IMG/VR virus record: IMGVR_UViG_3300037455_000543
Span: 187,136-251,135 of that record
DNA: 64,000 nucleotides
Origin: a virus
Lineage: Duplodnaviria; Heunggongvirae; Uroviricota; Caudoviricetes
Direction: 5' to 3' (one strand)
This document shows positions 55,989-64,000 of this stretch, one piece after another (the stretch's first letter is position 1; the number at the start of each line of letters is the position of its first letter). Below the pieces are notes generated by a model. It did no database searches, was not told the origin of the DNA, and was given only the letters and a program-made list of their open reading frames with translations. The position numbers and the translations under genes were made by a program.

Positions 55989-57197
55989 ATGTTAAATGCG
56001 CATACTGAAAACACAGACGGTAAGCGAATTGCCTTAATATATTGTAGAGATCATTCAGGTTGTTCGCACGTCCGTCTTAGATATAATACAGAATATATAA
56101 ATGGTCATGAACTCGGTGTTGAACCGGTTCTTTTGCCATTTCCGACCTTTGACCCAGCTTTGTTATCAGCAGCAAAGTCAATCGTTATTCAAAGACCTTG
56201 CGTAGGCACAGACATTCAATTACTTAAACGATATAAAGAACTACAGCCGAAGTTTGGATTTAAGCTTGTAGGTGAATTTGATGACCTTATTTTCTATACC
56301 GGTGACTCTGATGAATCTATAGATGGCGTTCCGCCTTATAATCCAGGTCATGCTAATATGAAAGAGCATAAGGATGAAATTAAGGCTATATTGTCTCAGA
56401 CTTTGCCATTACTTGACTTAATTGTTGTTTCTACTGATTATCTTAAGAAGTCTATTGAAAAGGTTTTCGGTGTAAACAATGTAATGGTCATAAAGAATGT
56501 AGTTCCTAGATTCTTATGGAATTTTGAACGTAAAATGCCTATTAAACAGGATCTCGTAAAACCAAGAATTATTTATTCTGGTAGTCCGACTCATTATCAA
56601 CAGCCGATACCGAAGCTTGTTCCTGGTCAACATCCTAATTTTCCGAATGGCCATCCAGGTCAACCCGGTGATAGAGGTGACTGGAATACAGCCCTTTGCG
56701 ACTGGGTTATTAAAATGGTCAAAGAAAATAAGATTGACTTCTATATTATGGGTGCATTACCGTTTTTCTTTGAAGAAATAAAAGAAAAAATTCAGTTTAT
56801 TCCATGGGCTGATTCTCATACATTCCCGAGAAAGTTTATGGAAGTTCATGCTGACTTTAGTATAGCATCAATCGTTGACAATCCTTTTAATAAAGCTAAA
56901 TCATCATTAAGATTTACAGAAGCATGTGCAACAGGTTGCGTCTTTATTGGTAACATTTTTAGTGAGTCTGATACAAGTCCGTACCGTGAAATTCATAATG
57001 ATTGTAAGTTTACAGAAAAATCTACAGTCGATGATATTGATGCAATGTTCTGGAAGCTTTGTAAGAAAGACAAATATAATGAAGTTCTTAACTGGCAATA
57101 TGAATTCATTAATAATTCAGGTTGCTGGCTTGAAAGTGCACAGCATATAAATCAGATGATGCTTATGCTCGATAATAAAGAACAGAATATAATTTAA
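55989..57197 (+). CDS. Glycosyltransferase (GT-B type)
   Basis: SGCSHVRL, EFDDL, LIVVSTDYL, YSGSPTH, DNPFNKAKSSLRFTE. Confidence 0.75.
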   Translation: MLNAHTENTDGKRIALIYCRDHSGCSHVRLRYNTEYINGHELGVEPVLLPFPTFDPALLSAAKSIVIQRPCVGTDIQLLKRYKELQPKFGFKLVGEFDDLIFYTGDSDESIDGVPPYNPGHANMKEHKDEIKAILSQTLPLLDLIVVSTDYLKKSIEKVFGVNNVMVIKNVVPRFLWNFERKMPIKQDLVKPRIIYSGSPTHYQQPIPKLVPGQHPNFPNGHPGQPGDRGDWNTALCDWVIKMVKENKIDFYIMGALPFFFEEIKEKIQFIPWADSHTFPRKFMEVHADFSIASIVDNPFNKAKSSLRFTEACATGCVFIGNIFSESDTSPYREIHNDCKFTEKSTVDDIDAMFWKLCKKDKYNEVLNWQYEFINNSGCWLESAQHINQMMLMLDNKEQNII

Positions 57198-57218
57198 AAA
57201 ATCAAAATTAAAATTTTG

Positions 57219-57248
57219 TTTACAGTGTCTTGATCAAATTACTATATT
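57219..57248 (+). promoter_or_regulatory. Possible sigma70-type promoter
   Basis: TTTACA, 18-nt spacer, TATATT; resembles the 47677 promoter. Confidence 0.35.
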
Positions 57249-57280
57249 TGGTTAAGACATTTTAATATGGAGTAAAAATA

Positions 57281-57667
57281 ATGATTGTAACTACAAGAAA
57301 TGGCTCTAAGTATATGGTGAAAGTAAGATTCATCCATACGCCGATGTTTAAGGAATCTGTAGATGAATATGGTAGAAACCATATTATCTATTGGACAGAA
57401 CACAGTACACGTGCAGCAATTACACGTATTACCAATGCTAAGCTCGAAGCTGAAATCACAGTAACTGGTATTAGCCGTTGCCATTATAAGGATAAGTTTG
57501 ATAAGAACTTCGGTAAGAAGCTTGCTTATCAAAATGCTATCAATAAAATGGAATCGCTTAATTTAATTAGTGCTGATGATCGCATTGATTTACTTTCTTT
57601 CAATCTCGATACAGCAACTTATACAGCACCGCAAGTAAAGACTTGTGAAGATGAAGCTAAGATTTAA
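57281..57667 (+). CDS. Conserved phage hypothetical protein
   Basis: GISRCHYKDKFDKNFGKKLAY; GGAG SD. Confidence 0.6.
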   Translation: MIVTTRNGSKYMVKVRFIHTPMFKESVDEYGRNHIIYWTEHSTRAAITRITNAKLEAEITVTGISRCHYKDKFDKNFGKKLAYQNAINKMESLNLISADDRIDLLSFNLDTATYTAPQVKTCEDEAKI

Positions 57668-57675
57668 GAGGATAT

Positions 57676-58191
57676 ATGAATACAATAAAATTTGATAGTG
57701 TACTTACAGCATTTAAGCTTGTTAAGCGTGGTGAAGATTCATTCTGGAATGTTCAGTTTAAGGTAACTGAAGAAACAAGTATTAGAACATTCCCTAAGCA
57801 GTTCGGTAGCGATATCGATTTTAATGGCGTCTTTGATCAGAGTGCCGTTAATGATGCATGGGACAAGACCAATATTCCGGTTTCTGACTATAATATTCAT
57901 TACTTGCTTGATTTCAGTGAGTTGAGCTTTGAAGTTAAGTTCTTGAATATTGCTGCTGTTCGTAAGCAGAATAATGACGATACTTGGCGTACTGAATATA
58001 CACTTTCTTTCCTTTGCGATCCGGATAAGGACACAATCAAGAAGCTTGTATATTATGTCAATCGTAAGGAAGTAAATCCGATGACTGGCAAGAAAGAAGT
58101 CATGACATATCCGACTGTATTGAATCCGGCGGAAGATACTGGAAATCTTGATGAAACTCAAGAACAGCCGACAGATGAAGCCGAAGCATAA
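57676..58191 (+). CDS. Hypothetical protein with acidic tail
   Basis: GAGGA SD, biased codons. Confidence 0.6.
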   Translation: MNTIKFDSVLTAFKLVKRGEDSFWNVQFKVTEETSIRTFPKQFGSDIDFNGVFDQSAVNDAWDKTNIPVSDYNIHYLLDFSELSFEVKFLNIAAVRKQNNDDTWRTEYTLSFLCDPDKDTIKKLVYYVNRKEVNPMTGKKEVMTYPTVLNPAEDTGNLDETQEQPTDEAEA

Positions 58192-58210
58192 ATAATGGAA
58201 AAGGAACGAC

Positions 58211-58912
58211 ATGTTTGATTCACAAAAATTATCATTCGAAAAATTTATTTTAGGCTATAAACATGGTATCTATGTTTTTACTGAAGATACATGTCATATT
58301 TGCCAGGAGTATAAAGACAGTATTGCATATATTAATAATGCTAATTTATATTTCGTTGAAGTAAGTTTGGAAAGTGAAAAGAAAATTGTAGAAGAACTTT
58401 TAGGTCGTTCCGTTTTTCCTTTGACTGCATGTTTTAAAGATAACAAGCTTAGCTACGTAAAAGCTGGTCAACTTTTTGAAACTCAGTTAGAAGGCATTTT
58501 TGCAGATTTGAAAAAATTTGGCGATAATCCCTTGTCACCTGAAGAAATTCAAAAAAGACTTAAGAAAGAAGAAACGAAATGCAGATTAGCATATTATGTT
58601 TTTTCTAATAGTGTAACTGCAGATGAACGCAAGCAAATTATAGAAAAATCAATTAAATACAATGAGCTTCCAATTGACGTAGATAGTGTTCCAGAAAATT
58701 TATCGTTGGAAGAAAAATTTCATTTGCTAGAATACACGCTTTCATTAGTCAAGCTTGTTATTTTTAAATCAAATAAGTCACAATTATTTTCACCTATTGG
58801 GCAAAGAATTGTTATTGAATATAATAATGCTCATGGTTCTGAAACAAAGTTTGAAATTAGAAACGTTAGTGACATTTTAGGACAATCTGATGATAGAGAT
58901 AATTCCAATTAA
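58211..58912 (+). CDS. Thioredoxin-fold protein
   Basis: FTEDTCHIC (CxxC) and VFPLT cis-Pro motif. Confidence 0.65.
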   Translation: MFDSQKLSFEKFILGYKHGIYVFTEDTCHICQEYKDSIAYINNANLYFVEVSLESEKKIVEELLGRSVFPLTACFKDNKLSYVKAGQLFETQLEGIFADLKKFGDNPLSPEEIQKRLKKEETKCRLAYYVFSNSVTADERKQIIEKSIKYNELPIDVDSVPENLSLEEKFHLLEYTLSLVKLVIFKSNKSQLFSPIGQRIVIEYNNAHGSETKFEIRNVSDILGQSDDRDNSN

Positions 58913-59603
58913 GGAACGTATCGAAGAAAAAACCGTAGATACTGATAAAGTTTTTTATATTGACAATTCACAAGGCGTATCAATGGCAGAAAAATATAAT
59001 TATGCCATTGAGAATATTATATTGAAATCAGATGATCCAGTTATCTGTTTTAGACATTATGACACATTTATTTGCACGCCTAATGATGTATGTCATTATA
59101 AGCTTGAAAAATTATTTGAGAAACACACCATCGGTATAGCTGGCGTTATTGGAACTATTGCACTTGATAGAACTTGCTGTTGGTGGCATGGTGTTTTGAA
59201 CGCTGGTGGCAGACAGAATTTTGGCAGTGGTTCTATTATTCAAGGCGGATTAAATGAAAAATGTCAAGTAATAGAATATCCGATGAATGATCATCCAGGT
59301 GTTCATGATTATCTTGCCACGGTTGACGGATGCTGTATGTTCTTACCGAAATGGATTTTCGAAGAAGGTCTTAGATTTGATGAAAACTTAAAAGATTATC
59401 ATTTTTATGATACCGATATTTCTTTACAAGTTCTTGAACGTGGATATAAGGTTTCAACGATAGATATCAAAGTAAAACATTATAGTCAAGGTAAACCGCC
59501 AAAACAATTTGACGACTTACGTAAAGTTTTCTTTGCTAAATGGGATAAAAAAGTTGGTGGCGACTGGCCAATTTCTAGGCTTAGTAAGTTTAAAAAGGAT
59601 TAA
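58890..59603 (+). CDS. Glycosyltransferase family 2-like
   Basis: AEKYN, FRHYD, IAGVIG, TVDGCC, FDE...HFYDTDISLQ, HYSQG. Confidence 0.78.
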   Translation: MIEIIPIKERIEEKTVDTDKVFYIDNSQGVSMAEKYNYAIENIILKSDDPVICFRHYDTFICTPNDVCHYKLEKLFEKHTIGIAGVIGTIALDRTCCWWHGVLNAGGRQNFGSGSIIQGGLNEKCQVIEYPMNDHPGVHDYLATVDGCCMFLPKWIFEEGLRFDENLKDYHFYDTDISLQVLERGYKVSTIDIKVKHYSQGKPPKQFDDLRKVFFAKWDKKVGGDWPISRLSKFKKD

Positions 59604-59605
59604 CT

Positions 59606-59773
59606 ATGAATAGAATTGTTGACACATTTTTAAAAGATTCTTCTTTTACCATGTTGAATCAAGCAGAAAATTACTATATTTTTAAAGATAATAAAACAAA
59701 TCGTGAAATGAAGATTAATATCATTAACGATAATAAAGTATCTATTGAATTTAAGGAAAATATAGATGGCTGA
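59606..59773 (+). CDS. Small hypothetical protein (55 aa, not in ORF track)
   Basis: MNRIVDTFLKDSSF...KENIDG*; AAGGA upstream; fills the gap and overlaps the next start. Confidence 0.55.
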   Translation: MNRIVDTFLKDSSFTMLNQAENYYIFKDNKTNREMKINIINDNKVSIEFKENIDG

Positions 59774-60188
59774 GAAAAAGAAAAATCCACTGTTTGAAAC
59801 ATTGAATTTTCTTTGTAACAAACAATATACTTGGGATGAATTACCAGAAGAGAATAAGAAAGCTTATTCTCAGTTTATGATTAATAGATTCATGTCAAGC
59901 TATGAATATCTTTTACCGATTCTTTGTGAACTTACAACTATTACTTATACTAATGAACAGCATTATAGAGTTTTATATGAATTCGTAAAAAGAACAAAAC
60001 ATTATTTTAATTATAATGCATATAAGGTTGAAAGTAAAGAAGATCCTGACTTAATTTTAGCAATTAAAAAGGAATATAAGATTGGTAATAGAGAAGCAAG
60101 GCGATATAATGAAGTTCTAACTGAACCACAGAAAGAATATATTAAGAAACGTTGGTCTGATTATATTGCTTATATAAAGTCTAAATAA
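59766..60188 (+). CDS. gp62: Clamp loader small subunit
   Basis: LFETLNFL...YSQFMINRFMS...QHYRVLY...KRTKHYF. Confidence 0.8.
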   Translation: MAEKKKNPLFETLNFLCNKQYTWDELPEENKKAYSQFMINRFMSSYEYLLPILCELTTITYTNEQHYRVLYEFVKRTKHYFNYNAYKVESKEDPDLILAIKKEYKIGNREARRYNEVLTEPQKEYIKKRWSDYIAYIKSK

Positions 60189-60192
60189 AAAT

Positions 60193-60214
60193 AAACCGGT
60201 TATATAACCGGTTT
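60193..60214. terminator. Bidirectional terminator (AACCGGTT arms)
   Basis: AAACCGGTTA-loop-TAACCGGTTT. Confidence 0.85.
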
Positions 60215-60234
60215 TTATTTTTATATCTAAATTT

Positions 60235-60708
60235 TTATCCTTCCAAGGAATTATAGAATACGATAACTGCTGCAGCAAGTTCAAGAACGCCATAATCACG
60301 GCTAGTATAATTCTTGATATACTTGTTGAATGCCTTAGGTGAACATTTAGCACTGTTATTAACAATAGATTCAGGTCTATCTACAGAACCATCTTTAGCT
60401 TCAACAGTTTTAATAATCTGTTCACATGCGCCATGAATTGTTTGTTCCCAAGATTGAATCTGGTCAATAGCGTCATTCATTCTTTTTGTCTGACCCATAT
60501 TATCTTCATAAGCGCTATTAATTGTAGAAATCAAAGAAGTTGCAATTTCAAGTTGCGGCTTAATTGCTTCTCGAATTTCGCTTCTAGTATCTTTTGGCTT
60601 ACTTTCGCTATCATAACTATCTAAGTCAACATCTTCTACAACGATTTTATAATCTTCGTTGTATTTTGCAATATTTTCTACAAGTTTATTGAATTCTTCC
60701 TGTATCAT
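60235..60708 (-). CDS. Hypothetical helical late protein
   Basis: TATAAATA at 60725-60732, AAGGA SD. Confidence 0.6.
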   Translation of the reverse strand: MIQEEFNKLVENIAKYNEDYKIVVEDVDLDSYDSESKPKDTRSEIREAIKPQLEIATSLISTINSAYEDNMGQTKRMNDAIDQIQSWEQTIHGACEQIIKTVEAKDGSVDRPESIVNNSAKCSPKAFNKYIKNYTSRDYGVLELAAAVIVFYNSLEG

Positions 60709-60732
60709 ATCTTTTCCTTTTATATATTTATA

Positions 60733-61338
60733 TTACTTGGTTGACATAATGTAGCTATAGATTTCATTTATTAAACTATCCTTAGAAACCTTAGGTAACT
60801 GGTAACTGTTTACTTGTGTATTAGGTTTTTCTTCTGACTTTTCTCCACCCTGTTTATCAGAAAATTCTTCTTTTGACTTTCCTTCACCTTGCTTATCAGA
60901 ATAATCAACGTCTAAATCTTTACCTTCTTTTGCAAGGGCATTCGCAATAATTACACAACTTGCTGCAATAGCAAAAACATCACGGTCATCAGATGTTTTT
61001 AGATCTTTGCCCATTGTTCCATTAACTACATCGACTGCCTTACCACAATTTAACTGTTTTAACGCTTTACCTTTAGCATTCTCACTAGCGATTTTAGCCG
61101 CAATACCTAAAATACCGGTTGAATTATTTCTGTCTCTTGTTCCAAGCGCAGTTTCAGCAATTTTTGTTTCTGCAGCATCGAATTCTTTAGCCTTAGAAAG
61201 ATCATAGACGTCAGAATTAATATCAGTCGGTAATAAAGTATTAAAATTAATTGGCTTTTTGTCGATTCTAGCCTTTAAATCCTTAATGGAAGCGATAACG
61301 TGATCGCCAACTTGTGCTTCTTCATTTAAATTAATCAT
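60733..61338 (-). CDS. Hypothetical, putative internal/ejection protein
   Basis: MINLNE leader; Ala/Lys-rich; coupled to the upstream gene. Confidence 0.55.
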   Translation of the reverse strand: MINLNEEAQVGDHVIASIKDLKARIDKKPINFNTLLPTDINSDVYDLSKAKEFDAAETKIAETALGTRDRNNSTGILGIAAKIASENAKGKALKQLNCGKAVDVVNGTMGKDLKTSDDRDVFAIAASCVIIANALAKEGKDLDVDYSDKQGEGKSKEEFSDKQGGEKSEEKPNTQVNSYQLPKVSKDSLINEIYSYIMSTK

Positions 61339-63998
61339 TTGTTACCTGCTTGTCCATTTTGATTATTTTCTTGCCCTTGTTTCTTTTTGTCTTCTTCAAC
61401 TCTCTTATTCAAATCAACCATTGCACGTTTTGCCGCAGAAACAGTTGTCCAAATACCAGTTAAAAATTGAGAATTCTTTACAGTATTTTCGATGTTTGTA
61501 ATATTTTCATTATTACCGTATGCTGCTTTAAGAACATTAATTATTTCAGCCTCATATTGATGTGTCTTTTCAATGAGAGCTTTATAATTATTGAACCATT
61601 CATCATTCATACCAGAATACAAGTCATCATTTAGCTTTGCAATAACTTCAGTAAATAGCTTACCATTAGCACCAGTAAGTTCTTGAAGTTTCTTTAAATT
61701 TTCTTCATGATTTGTTGTAGCCTGTTCTTCTTTATTTTCTTCTTTGTTTTCTTCAGGTTTTTGTTCTTCAGTCTTTTGCTTACCATATGCTTCAATAGCG
61801 CCAGGTATATTTTGTGGCGTTACATCAAGTTCGCCACTATTACTATACATACCTACGATACCATCTTTAATAGGCATTACATTAACCTGTGTAAGAAGAT
61901 TTACAAGATTACCAAATACTTTCTTTAAATTTTGCTTAGCTTCCTTTTCTTTTTTAACATTTGCAAGTTCTTTAAATCTGTTAATATTTAAACTATCGCC
62001 GTTTTCGCTAATAACTTCATAGACCTTACATAATGCCTTGCCAGCACCATTTTCAAGCCAATCCAGATTACCTTCATTTTCACTTACGTTTGGTTCATCT
62101 GTATTGTTATTATTGTTATTATTGCTATTATTGTTGCTGTTATTGCTATTGCTATTATTGTTGTCATTATTTCCATTATTAGAAGAATCACCATCATTCT
62201 TATCATCATCTTCCAATGGCTGAATATCTTCAAATATATGTAATTTAATATCCGTATTAAATGACAACTTATTATCAATCATCTTAAGCTTAAATTCTGG
62301 CTTGTAAGAATTATTCTGCTGTGGTTGATTATTATCTTCCTCGTTATTCTTGTTACTTAAACGAGACGCGGTATCTTTTGCACGGCCTTCATCGAACAAT
62401 TTATCTCTTAAGTATTCAAATGTTTCTTTAATATCAGGGATTGTCTTGACACTGGTTTTATAATCGTCCAATACTGCAATATAACTGTTAATTGCAATTT
62501 CACCAGCCTTCGCATTTTTCTCTTTTAATTTTTCAAGCTCTTCTTTTACGTTATCAATATTTTTTGTTTCACCTTCAACATCAGCTTCATTGATAAAATT
62601 CTTTAAACTAAACGGTTTATACGAATTATTTTGCTGTTGTGGTTGGTTATTATTTTCCTGATTATTTTCCTGGTTATTTTCTTGATTATTTCCAGACTGA
62701 TTATTTAATTGCTTTTCATATGCATTTATTTGCTCTTGCTGCTTAGCTCTAAAATCTTCTAGCCATTTATTGTATACCTTTTCTTCTTCAGTATACATCT
62801 TAATAGAAGTCAGCAAATTATTGACATATACCTGAATCAATGGTATATTATTTTCGCCATTTTCTGTATTGAATGTGCATGTTTCAGTATTGATAGTACC
62901 AATCTTACCATAAGCAAGTAACTTATATAATTGGCTTAAACTACAAGCAACACCTGCATAAGCAGCGCCCATAGCTTCCTTTTCATCTTTGCCACGGTAT
63001 TGTTTAATAAGTTTATCGAAATCTTCAGGTCTTGTATTTTTGAATGCATGCTTTAACTGGTTAAAACCACCACCCATTCTATCACAAATATCCTGATAGA
63101 AACTTCCGCCCTTTTCCATGGCATCAAATAAGCCAAGAATAATTTTCGGGCCGCAGTTAAAAATTGTCCACTTTTGACCTTTAATATCATCAGTAAGTTT
63201 ACTTAATACTTTACTGTTTCTAATAAAAGCATTAGGACCACCTAAACCCCATGCTTTACCATGGCGTTTTTCAATTTTGTGAGTAATTGGGTTTTCAATT
63301 TCTTTTGTTTCCGGATTTCTTTCTTTTTCTTGATAGTCTTTAACACCAGCATTAAATGCCGCTGTAAGCTTTTCATGCCAAAGCTTATATTGCTTAGGAA
63401 ATTTTTCAGCGACGTTCTTAGCTTGTTTTAATGCAATTTTAATATCTTGTGAGAAGTCTTCAACACGTTGTGGTAATTCAACAAAATTACCAGTGCCTTG
63501 TTCTTGATTTTGGTCTCCTGATTCATCAGCTTCAAACAAGAAGTCTAAAACATCTTTTAAATTAGTAGAATAGGCTTCGTCTGTCGGTTCGCCATTATCA
63601 TTTGTACCAGACTGTTTAATAGAATTGATTACATTTTTTGCAGCGTCAATTTTTAATTTAGGCTCGATTGTCATGAATTGCATTAAGAAGCTATCATTTT
63701 CTCGACCTTGATCTGGCGCAGCGCCAAATACACCCTGTAAAATTTCCTGGAATTTTGCAGAGTCAATTTTTGTATCAGTATCTGTTAACCTACTTACACA
63801 TTTTCCTGCATAAAATACCATTGCCTTACCAAGTGTTTCATACTGACTTGTCGATGCAACAATACCCTTTTCAGCATACTTAGTATCTTTTGTAATTCTA
63901 GCAGGATTTCTTACTTTAGGAATGAAATAACGTTCAATATAAGATTTTCTAGCAGCATCATTAATAGCATCTAAGCCTTTATCGAAATACTTTTCCCA
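61335..63998 (-). CDS. Large Asn/Gln-rich putative internal/ejection protein, 5'-truncated by window edge (at least 887 aa)
   Basis: Frame stays open beyond the track start at 63821 (WEKYFDKGLDAIND...LGKA-MVFY); FSLKNFINE motif. Confidence 0.65.
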   Translation of the reverse strand, partial: WEKYFDKGLDAINDAARKSYIERYFIPKVRNPARITKDTKYAEKGIVASTSQYETLGKAMVFYAGKCVSRLTDTDTKIDSAKFQEILQGVFGAAPDQGRENDSFLMQFMTIEPKLKIDAAKNVINSIKQSGTNDNGEPTDEAYSTNLKDVLDFLFEADESGDQNQEQGTGNFVELPQRVEDFSQDIKIALKQAKNVAEKFPKQYKLWHEKLTAAFNAGVKDYQEKERNPETKEIENPITHKIEKRHGKAWGLGGPNAFIRNSKVLSKLTDDIKGQKWTIFNCGPKIILGLFDAMEKGGSFYQDICDRMGGGFNQLKHAFKNTRPEDFDKLIKQYRGKDEKEAMGAAYAGVACSLSQLYKLLAYGKIGTINTETCTFNTENGENNIPLIQVYVNNLLTSIKMYTEEEKVYNKWLEDFRAKQQEQINAYEKQLNNQSGNNQENNQENNQENNNQPQQQNNSYKPFSLKNFINEADVEGETKNIDNVKEELEKLKEKNAKAGEIAINSYIAVLDDYKTSVKTIPDIKETFEYLRDKLFDEGRAKDTASRLSNKNNEEDNNQPQQNNSYKPEFKLKMIDNKLSFNTDIKLHIFEDIQPLEDDDKNDGDSSNNGNNDNNNSNSNNSNNNSNNNNNNNTDEPNVSENEGNLDWLENGAGKALCKVYEVISENGDSLNINRFKELANVKKEKEAKQNLKKVFGNLVNLLTQVNVMPIKDGIVGMYSNSGELDVTPQNIPGAIEAYGKQKTEEQKPEENKEENKEEQATTNHEENLKKLQELTGANGKLFTEVIAKLNDDLYSGMNDEWFNNYKALIEKTHQYEAEIINVLKAAYGNNENITNIENTVKNSQFLTGIWTTVSAAKRAMVDLNKRVEEDKKKQGQENNQNGQAGNK
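62103..62180 (-). repeat. Poly-Asn/Ser trinucleotide low-complexity tract
   Basis: AAT/AAC/AGC runs encoding NNGNNDNNNSNSNNSNNNSNNNNNNN. Confidence 0.8.
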
Positions 63999-64000
63999 TT

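Noticed and set aside
62038-62223. Poly-Leu ORF looking like a membrane peptide
   Set aside because: Antisense of the poly-Asn tract.
1-64000. CRISPR arrays, tRNAs, IS elements, DGR repeat pairs
   Set aside because: No regularly spaced repeats, cloverleafs, transposase or reverse-transcriptase motifs, or near-identical TR/VR pairs were seen by eye; tRNAscan and a self dot-plot would confirm.

Overview
This is an AT-rich segment of a large T4-related (Tevenvirinae-like or jumbo myovirus) phage genome, read in standard code 11. It holds most of the virion morphogenesis genes in scrambled order with frequent strand switches: gp21 (partial), gp22, gp23, gp20, gp18, gp19, gp6, gp25, gp5, gp27-like, gp29-like, two gp48-like, two gp14, two gp26-like, gp4, gp16 and the C-terminal half of gp17. 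It also carries gp55, gp62, RegA, RuvC, a HAD nucleotidase, SprT, a ferritin-like protein and two glycosyltransferases. Many genes have their own T4-type late promoter (TATAAATA), and convergent pairs are mostly separated by bidirectional hairpin terminators. Main highlights: (1) The terminase large subunit is split. A stand-alone gene encodes a 101-aa C-intein of the atypical AceL-TerL type fused to the nuclease domain, and no ATPase/IntN partner lies anywhere in the window. (2) A ~310-nt GC-enriched, hairpin-dense non-coding island with its own sigma70-type promoter is a candidate ncRNA. (3) A small protein carries a 20/25-identical copy of the predicted mature N-arm of the major capsid protein, followed by a polybasic tract. 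(4) About a dozen proteins have capsid-targeting/gp21-cleavage-like leaders, including a GNAT and an ART-fold enzyme. (5) A tail-tube-fold protein is fused to an amidase-like domain. (6) Several late genes look leaderless. All family calls come from motif recognition by eye; no database searches were run.
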